This document shows positions 1 through 9,427 of a stretch of DNA of 64,000 nt, in pieces; the stretch's first letter is position 1; each line of letters begins with the position of its first letter. Both the position numbers and the translations under genes were made by a program. Under the pieces are notes generated by a model that was not told the origin of the DNA, searched no databases, and saw nothing but the letters and a program-made list of their open reading frames with translations. The stretch is from a virus. Taxonomy: Duplodnaviria > Caudoviricetes. The stretch is taken from positions 85,408 through 149,407 of IMG/VR virus record IMGVR_UViG_3300035208_001807; one strand, given 5' to 3'.

Positions 1-2
1 CC

Positions 3-701
3 AGGGTTCAGGCTGTAACCGCTGCTCTCTCAGCATTGTTTACTGCCGGTGCTTTAGCTAGCCAGGACCGCTCGAACTGGACTGCTTTGTTCTCAGCAGT
101 TATCGGCGAAGATATCCCACGTATTACCACAGCCCTTGTACGCGTCGGGCAGATAGTAGTTCCCACTAGTAACCCTAATGGTCATAACTATGCGACGAAC
201 ACTCCTTGTCTTATTGCGACAGTGAATTCAGATGGGCATGCTTATGCGATTAAGACTGATGGTTCGACCGGGAACCAGTTGCCAATGGGCCGAGGGTATA
301 ACACAGCGAACTGGGTAACTAGTGTTACAGATACAGCCATCGACATGTACTTTGCATCTTTGAGAGCTACTCTTCTAGCTAACCCGCTACTAGTATCTGG
401 GCTGGCTACGATACTCTCATCTATTCCCCCTAATGTTCTTGAGCAGATCAATGCCGTTAACTCTGGCAGGACCACCATTGATGCTCTGAATGTTATCGCG
501 GTGCCTGGATCAGTGGCAGCAGGTGGAACTACTTACCGTAGGGTTCAGTCTAGGCGCCGCCGGACTGCATATAACCCTCAGACTTACCCTCCGCTTCCTA
601 TGCCTCCTCCAATAGTGCTGCCTATAACTCCTCCTGAGCCTAGTGGAACACCCGCTCCGCCTCCGCCTGGGAGCAGTAGTCTTTCGAGACTGGTGGATTA
701 A
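3..701 (+). CDS. Hypothetical protein, probably 5'-truncated by the window; Pro-rich C-terminus
   Basis: Frame is open from position 3. Shares a VVP..N.H.YA..TP.L motif with the next ORF. Ends SSLSRLVD. Confidence 0.6.
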   Translation, partial: RVQAVTAALSALFTAGALASQDRSNWTALFSAVIGEDIPRITTALVRVGQIVVPTSNPNGHNYATNTPCLIATVNSDGHAYAIKTDGSTGNQLPMGRGYNTANWVTSVTDTAIDMYFASLRATLLANPLLVSGLATILSSIPPNVLEQINAVNSGRTTIDALNVIAVPGSVAAGGTTYRRVQSRRRRTAYNPQTYPPLPMPPPIVLPITPPEPSGTPAPPPPGSSSLSRLVD

Positions 702-702
702 A

Positions 703-1488
703 ATGCCTCCTACTAATAGCTTTTTAGGTAGTCTTCTCCCTCAGATTTATACTTACTCAAGGTATATCTCTGCCAAGTATGGCTTCCATGGGGCGGGCCC
801 CACTAATATGGATCCATTAGATCCTCTTATTAGTCGACTTGTATCTTTCGAGCAAGATATCGATACCGATGAGGTCGAGGATCTGATACGAGAGATTAGT
901 CGGGCTATGCCGCGAGACACTGGCAGTGGGTTGCTAGCTCGCTTTAGGAGTGCCTCTCGCTCATCTAATAGTCCTATTTATTCTTCAGCTGTAGTTGCTA
1001 TCTACAAGTTAGGATCAGTTGTTGTTCCTGTGAATGGTAATTCTAATGACCATCACTATGCGATGGGAACTCCAGTACTAGTTTGTAGTTGTGATGAAAG
1101 AGATGAAGAGGAGGGTGGCGAGTTTCAGGCTATGCGTCCTAATTTATCTATAGGGGATGACTTACCAGATTCTGATGATGCACGTGGTACTATAAGGCTA
1201 GCAACATCAAGTGAGATTGCTCAGTTCTATACGTCAATGGTGCGTCAGGCCCTACCGCTTTTAGGGGCAAAGCGGGTTCGCTTTATGTGTAGTCTATCTG
1301 ACATTATGGCTCAGTATACTATGCATGCCCACCAAATTGATATGGATGTATGGGAGACTGTGCAAGCAGAGGTAGCTCGTGAGATCCCTGTTATTATGAG
1401 CGGGCTGTTAGAGATAAAGACTACTGTTGCTAAGGTGGTTAAGTCTACTGTTAAGAAGCCGCGGTCAAGGCTAGGAGAAATCGTTTGA
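703..1488 (+). CDS. Hypothetical protein, paralogous to the upstream ORF
   Basis: ATG 703 follows the upstream TAA. Motif VVVPVNGNSNDHHYAMGTPVLV. Confidence 0.65.
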   Translation: MPPTNSFLGSLLPQIYTYSRYISAKYGFHGAGPTNMDPLDPLISRLVSFEQDIDTDEVEDLIREISRAMPRDTGSGLLARFRSASRSSNSPIYSSAVVAIYKLGSVVVPVNGNSNDHHYAMGTPVLVCSCDERDEEEGGEFQAMRPNLSIGDDLPDSDDARGTIRLATSSEIAQFYTSMVRQALPLLGAKRVRFMCSLSDIMAQYTMHAHQIDMDVWETVQAEVAREIPVIMSGLLEIKTTVAKVVKSTVKKPRSRLGEIV

Positions 1489-2141
1489 GCAGGCTATCTG
1501 ATGTTAAGGAGTCCTGGATTGGATGCCAGAAGTGTGGGCTTCATGTAAGCCGCACACGGGTGGTGTTCTCTGATGGTCCCGAGACTGCTGACATTATGAT
1601 AGTAGGCGAGGGGCCAGGTGCTACAGAGGATGCTAAGGGCATTCCCTTCTGTGGAGTATCAGGCGAGTTGTTCAATGAGATTCTTAGGTGTGCTGGTATC
1701 AGCCGCCAAGAATGCTATTGGACTAATGCTATTCGCTGTCATCCATATGGTAACCGGGCGCCTCTACAACCGGAGCTAGATGCCTGCCGTCCTCTTTTGC
1801 TTGCTGAGATTGAGATCATCAAACCTAAGGTAATTATTATGGCTGGGCAGACAGCTGCTCGCACCCTTATGGGCACTACATCTTCGATGGGTAGTATCGC
1901 TGGGAAGTTTACCAACATTAATGGCATTCCTGCCATTGCAATCTACCATCCAGCTGCTATACTACGTAATAAGGACCTGAATCCTGATAGATATATGGAG
2001 TATAAGAAGTCTGTGTGGGCTAGCATCAAGGCCGTAAAGAAGTATATTGATGAAGTAAGAGCCGGCAAGCAGCCGGAAGTTAAGGCAGAAGTAGTAGGCA
2101 AGCAGAAGCCAGCAGTAGACTCTCAGATGTCTCTGCTATAG
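1485..2141 (+). CDS. udg: Uracil-DNA glycosylase, family 4 (Fe-S)
   Basis: CxxCxL, VGEGPG, PFCGxSG, TNAIRC, YHPAA motifs. C-terminal QMSLL resembles a clamp-binding motif. Confidence 0.93.
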   Translation: MSRLSDVKESWIGCQKCGLHVSRTRVVFSDGPETADIMIVGEGPGATEDAKGIPFCGVSGELFNEILRCAGISRQECYWTNAIRCHPYGNRAPLQPELDACRPLLLAEIEIIKPKVIIMAGQTAARTLMGTTSSMGSIAGKFTNINGIPAIAIYHPAAILRNKDLNPDRYMEYKKSVWASIKAVKKYIDEVRAGKQPEVKAEVVGKQKPAVDSQMSLL

Positions 2142-2208
2142 GCAAGACGAGATGTCCGTGGTATTCCCATGGATGCTCTAGCTAGCTAGTAAATCTGGAG
2201 GTAGGATC

Positions 2209-2394
2209 ATGGACGGCTTACGCACAGTGATCGTCGATGGCGAGAACTACAACCTTCCCGACGGTATGTCGGAGACGGAAGTAGTCAGCGCTCTGTCGGT
2301 CAATCGTCCTGAGTACGCAAATGGATCCATTCGAGTGGATGAAACCACTCAGGCATGGCATCTTGAGCGTGGCTCAGGTCACAAGGGCGAATAA
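2209..2394 (+). CDS. Ubiquitin-like small protein (PRTRC protein C-like)
   Basis: 61 aa with strong SD GGAGGT. C-terminus GSGHKG-E resembles the GxKG ends of this family. Lies upstream of E2, JAB and E1 genes. Confidence 0.7.
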   Translation: MDGLRTVIVDGENYNLPDGMSETEVVSALSVNRPEYANGSIRVDETTQAWHLERGSGHKGE

Positions 2395-2420
2395 CTTTCG
2401 CCTATATGTTTGTGTCTTTC

Positions 2421-2460
2421 GGGGATCCTGTAAGTATACTACGGGGTCCCCTTTCTATTT
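2421..2460 (+). terminator. Probable intrinsic terminator after the Ubl gene
   Basis: GGGGATCCTGTA/TACGGGGTCCCC stem followed by TTTCTATTT. Confidence 0.7.
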
Positions 2461-2472
2461 TAGGAGATACCT

Positions 2473-4251
2473 GTGAATAGTCTTGAGCGTGTCACATCTA
2501 GTGTTGATCGCTTATCAGTAGAGGCTATGCGCATGTCGGTGGCTAAGGCTGCAAAGCTTAATGAGATACTTAGCTTTCAGACTAAGGTCAAGCTCTCTCC
2601 TCTTCCAACTGAGGAGAATAAGATCCGTGGGTTCTTCGCAGACAAGCTCTATTATTTGTATGCAGAACGTTATGCCAATGTACTAAGCTCAATCACGGGC
2701 CAAGCTAAGGAAAGAGTATATACTCTCTCCTCTGATCTTGGTGGCCTTTATAAAGCGCACTATGCAACTGCCCCCATCACAAGACAGTTAGCTAGCATTT
2801 ATGCCAGAGTTATTGTACTTATAGCTAGCATGTTATCTTCTCGCCTACAGGGTAGAGTAGATAGATTCTATGATAGGGACCATAGTCTCTTTAAGCAGCG
2901 TGGTCCTTTTGCCAAGCAGTACCGTGGCTGGCGCCGCCGCCAGATGTACAAGCTTAATCATAATCTAGAGTCTCATTGTGCTACCTACTTTGAGGCTTTT
3001 GTTCCGCGTGAAGGACATGCCTTTAGTTGCCGGATGGCTTATCGCCAAGTCAATAGTCCTGGATATTCTGGTTCCAAGGTCCCTTATGGTGAATGGTGTT
3101 CGAACTTCGCGGGTCTACTTCTTCGTAATATAGTAGCTGCAGATGTTCCGGGCGGCCACCGCTCTACTTCTGGTACTAGTAATATGCCAGGGTGTATTAA
3201 CAATGCTATCCTTTCAGACTTAGCTATGGTTCCTATCTTTCAGGGGTTGGGACTAGCTTCTGGCTATGGATCGCCAGAGTTCCTATCAGTACGTAGCTCT
3301 CATCGATCTGACTCCACTCTAAGTACCCTTACAGCAGCTCTCTATTCTCCTAGTCCCGCCTATGTGGACTACATTAATCGTAACTGTAAGGACATACAGC
3401 CTGAGGAAGCCGTAGCCGAATTTGCTAGGGTATTTTCCTTGCGCTCTGCTGAGGGTCAGCGTATCCAAGAGACCTACCATCGTAAGCATGCCCTTCAAAG
3501 GCATCCTGCTTTTGTTAGGAGCTTCGGTAAGAAGCAACCGGCTATCCTCCCAACTCTAGATCGAGGTATGCTGGGTGCTCTTTGGGTTTCCTCAAGCAAC
3601 TTATTTAATAAGGACTATGCAGCTACTGGTTTTTCACACCTAACTAACAACAATCTTAAGGCTGTTTATGACGGCGCTGATACTCTGAATGGAGCTGGTG
3701 CTGGGCACTGCCTCTTCTATGTTGCTGGTCCTAATATGAAGACCGAGATAAGGGATATGTCAGAGCTTAAGAGGCGTTCTGTCGATGACCATCTAGGGCA
3801 GATCTTAATGCCTGGCAACCTCTTTCGAGACCTACTCTTCGGAGATAGAGCCATCGCTGAGGTTGTCGATGTGTCCAGTGGCACCGTTGGTGTTGCTGAC
3901 ATTCCTGCCATTGAGGAATGGTTAATGCATAACTGCAGCATGGTTATAAGCTGGTCTCAGCCGGCTATCGATCACGCTGGTCTTCTTAAGGACCCAGCTA
4001 GTAGTAGCATTGAGAGACATAGGTTTACGTCACTTATGGGTAGTGTAGCTACATCAATGCTAATGTTCGACAACCACAAGTCAGATGGTTACTTCCTCAA
4101 TGCTCTTCTACAGATGGCTCCGTATCTTTCTAATGAGCATGTGGTTAAGGTAATCAATTCCCTTCTTGATCTGAAGATAGATGCTGTTAACTCTGGGATA
4201 ACATCCATGGTGGCTCCCGATGCCGCAACTGTTACAACAGCTAGATCCTAA
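2473..4251 (+). CDS. Hypothetical protein within the Ubl operon
   Basis: 592 aa ORF with SD AGGAG; no family recognised. Confidence 0.7.
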   Translation: MNSLERVTSSVDRLSVEAMRMSVAKAAKLNEILSFQTKVKLSPLPTEENKIRGFFADKLYYLYAERYANVLSSITGQAKERVYTLSSDLGGLYKAHYATAPITRQLASIYARVIVLIASMLSSRLQGRVDRFYDRDHSLFKQRGPFAKQYRGWRRRQMYKLNHNLESHCATYFEAFVPREGHAFSCRMAYRQVNSPGYSGSKVPYGEWCSNFAGLLLRNIVAADVPGGHRSTSGTSNMPGCINNAILSDLAMVPIFQGLGLASGYGSPEFLSVRSSHRSDSTLSTLTAALYSPSPAYVDYINRNCKDIQPEEAVAEFARVFSLRSAEGQRIQETYHRKHALQRHPAFVRSFGKKQPAILPTLDRGMLGALWVSSSNLFNKDYAATGFSHLTNNNLKAVYDGADTLNGAGAGHCLFYVAGPNMKTEIRDMSELKRRSVDDHLGQILMPGNLFRDLLFGDRAIAEVVDVSSGTVGVADIPAIEEWLMHNCSMVISWSQPAIDHAGLLKDPASSSIERHRFTSLMGSVATSMLMFDNHKSDGYFLNALLQMAPYLSNEHVVKVINSLLDLKIDAVNSGITSMVAPDAATVTTARS

Positions 4252-4579
4252 TATCTCTAGTAGGCTTCTAGAGAACCTGCTCACTAACATCTTTGGTGAT
4301 GTGAAGCTTACAGCCGAGGATTCTATACGAGCACTGACTCTTGAGCAGCTACTTGAGCCAGCACATAGAGCTCGGCTTTATTCCCTGTTGGCCACTAAGG
4401 CCAAGGAGTTAGTTGATCTTCTTGACGCGGACAGCAGGCTAGCACCCAATGCGCAGGGCACTGGCGAGCTTAAGTTCTTGGAAGATATTGCCGAGAAGGA
4501 CAAGTCGAGCGAGGGCGTGGCCCTCATCATAAATGCTTTGTCGCTTATGAGATCTTTAGATGCTGATGACTACATATAA
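4220..4579 (+). CDS. Hypothetical helical protein
   Basis: 119 aa ORF packed within the operon. Confidence 0.55.
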   Translation: MPQLLQQLDPNISSRLLENLLTNIFGDVKLTAEDSIRALTLEQLLEPAHRARLYSLLATKAKELVDLLDADSRLAPNAQGTGELKFLEDIAEKDKSSEGVALIINALSLMRSLDADDYI

Positions 4580-4601
4580 TGCTAGTGCATTGAGGGTAAA
4601 G

Positions 4602-5474
4602 ATGGCTGAAGATACTGCACCTGTCGTTCAGATCGAACTCACTACAACCTCAGCGACTATCACTACCAAGCATCAGGCCTCGGGGTCTTCTCGTGTAGAG
4701 ATTGTATCCCCTAAGCAGCTATTTGAGACTATCTCTGAAGCTTATAAGCCATTCAGAGTCGACTCAACTCCTATCCTGCCTGTTACAGGTAAGGATTATA
4801 CAGCTGTGCGCTTCTGGTCTTCCTCACAGATCACCCATAAGACGACGGTAATCTCAGAGGGGTCGGCAGGACCGCGGACCTTAACCACTAAGTTGCATCG
4901 TGGCAATATTGAAGGGACTATGCTGGCCTCACTAAAGGCCTTGGCCATCAAGTTTCCTAGCAAGGTTACTCTTGATCCAGGTCCTGCTACTGGCTATGTT
5001 GAACTTAAGTTCACTCTGAATCTACCTTATATGCTATTGGTTACTGAGCTTGTACATGCTGCTCAGCCTGGAGTCTCAACTCTAGGTAAGTGTACCATCT
5101 GCTTCTCTGACCTACCCTTCGCTTCCTTTGACCAGCGAGTTTATGTAGGCTCTCTTCCCAATCTCCATACTCCTCATGGTGGGCCGGGATCTAACATCTG
5201 TTGGGGCACAGTCTTTGGAGAGGACCACAATATGACGCTGGCCAATGTGGGAACATTAGCTCCTATGTTTTACAACTCTGCCTTTAACTCAGACCTATGT
5301 GGTCTTGAGTGGTATAGAGAGTTCCTACCTCTACTCCTTGAGCGGGACAAAGTGGATGAAGCGGCCTTTAGAGAGATTAAAGAGGCCCTTAGTACCGAGT
5401 CTGGGCGTCGTGGAAGTTATTTCTATGCAGCCGGATCGTTATCCAAGCTGCTGGAGGGCGTATCAAATGAGTGA
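4602..5474 (+). CDS. Prokaryotic E2-like protein (E2 family D / PRTRC protein B-like)
   Basis: LPNL...GSNICWG (putative catalytic Cys) and FYNSAFNSDL motifs; operon context. Confidence 0.75.
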   Translation: MAEDTAPVVQIELTTTSATITTKHQASGSSRVEIVSPKQLFETISEAYKPFRVDSTPILPVTGKDYTAVRFWSSSQITHKTTVISEGSAGPRTLTTKLHRGNIEGTMLASLKALAIKFPSKVTLDPGPATGYVELKFTLNLPYMLLVTELVHAAQPGVSTLGKCTICFSDLPFASFDQRVYVGSLPNLHTPHGGPGSNICWGTVFGEDHNMTLANVGTLAPMFYNSAFNSDLCGLEWYREFLPLLLERDKVDEAAFREIKEALSTESGRRGSYFYAAGSLSKLLEGVSNE

Positions 5475-6591
5475 CATTAACCAGATGGAGTTGGGCCTTA
5501 AGAAGCGTGAGCCTCAAGTAGTTACTCCTATTAGCCCAGCTGTCCTGGCTGTCCAGCGTGGGATGATTGACTATGTAGTTGACTTCGAAGGAGACCCCTA
5601 TACGGTTGAGGTGAAGAAGCCCAAGACCTTTGTTCTTCGTGGCGATGGACTATGGTGTATCTTTGATAGACCCTTTGCAAGGTTCGTCGCGAAGCTCTCT
5701 GATGTTTCCTATCCCGCTTTGCCAGCTAACTTTAAGGCAGGCTTCAGGCTTAAGATCCCTAAGTTCTCTGGCAAGGACTACGCTAAGATCGTTGAACTCT
5801 TTCGTAGTTATGTTGCCGAGGGCTATTCGGGAGCCTCAGAAGCTCTGACCCAAATCTTTTGGGACTCTAACAAGCAGGAGTACTTTGTTAACATACCTAT
5901 CCAGGTTGTTAATGGGGCCGCTGTTCACTATGACTTCTCGAAGCAGGATGTACGCACTAAGGAACTAGGCGTCTTCCATGTCTTTGATATTCATAGCCAT
6001 AATACTATGTCGGCTTTCTTCAGTGGCACAGATGACACGGATGAGCAAGGCTCATATTTCTTTGGTGTCGTAGGCCATCTTAACGACGACAGAAGTGAGC
6101 ACTCATTCCGCTTTGGTATCGATGGTGTCTTTACTGATATTGAACCGGAAGAAGTGATTGACTTAGCTTCCTATGAGGTGAGTGCTGAAGCCTATCCTAA
6201 AGAGTGGCGTGATAATATCTCCATGGATATGGATAAGTACTCACCCAAGGAAGATCGCTGGGGCATGCAGATGGCCCAGTGGGATCGTAAGGGATATGGC
6301 AAGCTCTGGGGCGAGGATGATTTCTCTGGAGTACATCGGTATGATCCCGAACGTATCGCTGAACGGGCCGGCCTAAGCGGACTGGGCGAGGACGACAAAG
6401 AAGATTTCATTGACGTTCTTGATACTTTGTACGTCATGAACCTCAGGCCAGCGATGCTTCGCCGACTGATGAAGGATCTGTTTAACCATGAAGCATATGG
6501 CGCAGAGGCTAAGATGGTTGCCTCTCAGATGCTAGCTGCTGCTCGGGACGCTAAAGCGTCCAAGAAGTTTAAGAAGGGACCCAAGTCATGA
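5467..6591 (+). CDS. JAB/MPN metalloprotease (PRTRC protein A-like)
   Basis: JAMM motif DIHSHNTMSAFFSGTDDTDE with an upstream Glu (SEAL). Confidence 0.88.
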   Translation: MSDINQMELGLKKREPQVVTPISPAVLAVQRGMIDYVVDFEGDPYTVEVKKPKTFVLRGDGLWCIFDRPFARFVAKLSDVSYPALPANFKAGFRLKIPKFSGKDYAKIVELFRSYVAEGYSGASEALTQIFWDSNKQEYFVNIPIQVVNGAAVHYDFSKQDVRTKELGVFHVFDIHSHNTMSAFFSGTDDTDEQGSYFFGVVGHLNDDRSEHSFRFGIDGVFTDIEPEEVIDLASYEVSAEAYPKEWRDNISMDMDKYSPKEDRWGMQMAQWDRKGYGKLWGEDDFSGVHRYDPERIAERAGLSGLGEDDKEDFIDVLDTLYVMNLRPAMLRRLMKDLFNHEAYGAEAKMVASQMLAAARDAKASKKFKKGPKS

Positions 6592-8216
6592 GGGCTTACA
6601 TAGGAAGTTCTCCTGTAGTCTCGGCGCCTACTGTCGCTCCTGTTGTAGCACCTGCTACTGTTGTGACTAAGGTTACTCCCGCTCTTACTATTGAGACTGT
6701 TCATTCTATTCCTACTGCTCCCTATTACTTATCCTTTGCAGTTGGAAGTACAAACGACGATGAGCTATGGGCTCCGGCTATTAACATTGTCTATGTTATT
6801 GGCTGCGGTGGCACGGGTGGGTTCGTTATCCGAGAACTTACCAGATACATTTCTACTCTCCCCTATGCTGATAGGACTATGATTGTCCTTATCGATGGAG
6901 ATACAGTAGAGAAGAAGAACCTAACAAGACAGAACTTTGTTGAGAGGGATCTTGGTAAGAATAAGGCTGCCGTCCTTGCTCAGAGGTATGGTCAGGCCTT
7001 TGGTGTTACTGCTGTTAGCATTCCTGAACACCTAACGAAGGACAACATTGGTACACTGCTATCTCTTCGTGGGTTCCAGATGCTTGTTGAAGCCCATAAG
7101 CCAGCTTTGATCACTAAGGAAGAAGTAGTTTCATATCATGGCTACTCGGAGACTCCGGGCAACGTAGTGATCATCTCATGTGTAGATAATCATAAGACCC
7201 GTTCCTTGATTAGTACACATCTGGGTTTAGCTAAGCAGGTTCCCTCTATCTGGAAGCAGAATCTAAAGTCTGTTCAGAGTGGCGCCTTCTATCGTTGTGA
7301 TCCTTCTCATACATTTGATGCTAACATTACTTCACCTAAGCGGGTTACCTCACTTGCGTGGATTGACTCAGGCAATGAGGCTCGCTCTGGGCAAGTCTTT
7401 GTTCACTATGACTCCTTCTTCCATGAGCCTAGCCCTCATTTCTTACAGGATAGTAATGACGACTATAAGAATCTTGGGACTGGTGATAGCAGTTCGCCAC
7501 TTGGGCTTATAGGCTCGTCTACTGCGGGTATGAACTATACTGCCCCGGCTAGCTTCTTTGCAGCGCTACTTGAGACTAACTACTTCCCTGGGCTAATAGC
7601 TCCTGGTCAGAGGAGAAACGAGGGTCCGGGTAGTATGAATCCTAAGGATCAACTTGAAGGTAGTATCCTAGCTTACACAAAAGTCTTGACTCATGACTCT
7701 GATTACCTTAGACCTGGTGGTGTACAAGGAGTTATCAGTAGTGCTATTACTGGAGTTGTAGAGGATGCCCGAAAAGAGAAGCTCTTAAGGGATACCATCA
7801 AGCTCTATGATCCGCTTAAGGATCCTGGTCATCGGATGGCAGAGATGATCCGCGGGCTTGTTATCAGTAATAGCTACAAGTTCCTACGTGGACACATGAC
7901 TCCACCAGTAACCTATATGTATCCCGATGTCTTTGCTGGCGAGAATGACAAGCTGAATACTGAGCTGAGTTGCGCCGAGCAGGCACTTGCAGATCCTCAG
8001 ACTCTGATGGTTAATGTCCAAGCAGCAGCCTATGTTATGGACTATGTCTCTAGGGTGCTAGCTTCTAATCCAAAGACCGCTTTCTTAGATAGCTTTGGGT
8101 GTGCGTGGAACGGGCCTAACTGTAAAGAGTTCCACATGACTAGAACAAATATAGAGAAGGTGTTAGAATCAGTTTCTAAGTGCCTAACCGTCCGGGAGGA
8201 TGAGAGCAATGGGTAA
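6588..8216 (+). CDS. ThiF/E1-like activating enzyme
   Basis: VIGCGGTGG, IDGDTVEKKNLTRQNF, NKAAVLA, CVDN, WIDSGN and SCAE motifs; large internal insertion. Confidence 0.9.
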   Translation: MRAYIGSSPVVSAPTVAPVVAPATVVTKVTPALTIETVHSIPTAPYYLSFAVGSTNDDELWAPAINIVYVIGCGGTGGFVIRELTRYISTLPYADRTMIVLIDGDTVEKKNLTRQNFVERDLGKNKAAVLAQRYGQAFGVTAVSIPEHLTKDNIGTLLSLRGFQMLVEAHKPALITKEEVVSYHGYSETPGNVVIISCVDNHKTRSLISTHLGLAKQVPSIWKQNLKSVQSGAFYRCDPSHTFDANITSPKRVTSLAWIDSGNEARSGQVFVHYDSFFHEPSPHFLQDSNDDYKNLGTGDSSSPLGLIGSSTAGMNYTAPASFFAALLETNYFPGLIAPGQRRNEGPGSMNPKDQLEGSILAYTKVLTHDSDYLRPGGVQGVISSAITGVVEDARKEKLLRDTIKLYDPLKDPGHRMAEMIRGLVISNSYKFLRGHMTPPVTYMYPDVFAGENDKLNTELSCAEQALADPQTLMVNVQAAAYVMDYVSRVLASNPKTAFLDSFGCAWNGPNCKEFHMTRTNIEKVLESVSKCLTVREDESNG

Positions 8217-9084
8217 GCTAACGATCTTGAAGGGGCTGCCGGCCAGTGGCAAGAGCACTATGGCTCAGGAGCTATGTCTCAAGAACAAAAAGACTGCGCG
8301 CTTGAACAAGGATCTCCTTCGTGAGATGCTTCACTTTGGTGGCTACCATGGTGATAATGAGCGCTGGGTCGTCCAGTTTGAGTACGACATGGCTCACCAG
8401 TTACTAGCACATGGCTACAATGTAGTAGTTGATGACACTAATCTCAACCCTGCACATGAGCGAAAGTACCGCGAGATTGCTGAGCCCGAGCACACTGTTG
8501 AAGTAGTCAGGATGAGCACCTCTGTTGATGAGTGCATCCTGCGCGATGGGGTGCGCAAGTCAATGGGCCAACGGTTCGTGGGTAAGGATAACATCCTTAA
8601 CATGGCGTTCCAGTTTGGCCTAGTCCAGCAGCATAACACTTGTGTTGTGTTTGACATGGATGGTACCCTCGCTGAGGTAACCCATAGGCGCCACTTCGTA
8701 CGTGATCTTCCTGCGGGCCAGAAGCCCGATTGGGATGCCTTCTTTAAGGCTTGCCCCGATGACACTCCTCGGCAGGCTGTTGTCGAGAAGCTTTTAGCAG
8801 CCAAGGCTGCAGGACATGATGTTATAGTCTGCTCTGCACGCCCTGAGCCCTATCGGGACATGACTGCTGCATGGCTAGGCAAGTATGGTATTCCGTATGA
8901 CCGATTGATCATGCGTAGGAACCGAGACTACAGGCCCGATGAGATTGTCAAGAAAGAGTTCCTTGACAAATATCTAGATAGGACTAAGATAGTCAAAGTT
9001 TATGATGACCGCCCAAAGATAGTTCGCATGTGGAGGGCGGAAGGTTTAGATTGTGAAGATGTTGGTGATGGTGTAGAATTCTAG
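8209..9084 (+). CDS. pseT: Polynucleotide 5'-kinase / 3'-phosphatase (T4 PseT-like)
   Basis: P-loop GLPASGKST followed by HAD motifs DMDGTL and YDDR. Confidence 0.92.
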   Translation: MGKLTILKGLPASGKSTMAQELCLKNKKTARLNKDLLREMLHFGGYHGDNERWVVQFEYDMAHQLLAHGYNVVVDDTNLNPAHERKYREIAEPEHTVEVVRMSTSVDECILRDGVRKSMGQRFVGKDNILNMAFQFGLVQQHNTCVVFDMDGTLAEVTHRRHFVRDLPAGQKPDWDAFFKACPDDTPRQAVVEKLLAAKAAGHDVIVCSARPEPYRDMTAAWLGKYGIPYDRLIMRRNRDYRPDEIVKKEFLDKYLDRTKIVKVYDDRPKIVRMWRAEGLDCEDVGDGVEF

Positions 9085-9106
9085 TACTAAGTCCAGGAGG
9101 ACTTCG

Positions 9107-9418
9107 ATGAAGGTCACAGTTGGCAGTTCCGAGTATACGGTTAAGTTTGCTTACGAGGGAACTCGTGGCAACAAGACCACGATTTGCTGGGTGTCTGGGC
9201 CCGATCGCAATTCAATGGGAATGGCGAAGGTTCACCCGAACGACATCGGCAAGTTCAACAAAGCCGTAGGGCGTAAGCTTGCCCTCTCCAAGGCTCTCGG
9301 GACTCATCCCGGACGCCTGATTCCTGAGGAGAGGCGCCCCTATAAGGCTGAAGTTCGTACTGCAATTTGGAAGTCTTACTTCCAATACTGCAAGAGCGAG
9401 GGAGTAACCCCCGCTTAA
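9107..9418 (+). CDS. Conserved-looking phage hypothetical protein
   Basis: SD AGGAGG; motif D..FNKAVGRKLAL. Confidence 0.65.
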   Translation: MKVTVGSSEYTVKFAYEGTRGNKTTICWVSGPDRNSMGMAKVHPNDIGKFNKAVGRKLALSKALGTHPGRLIPEERRPYKAEVRTAIWKSYFQYCKSEGVTPA

Positions 9419-9427
9419 GGAGGGGTT

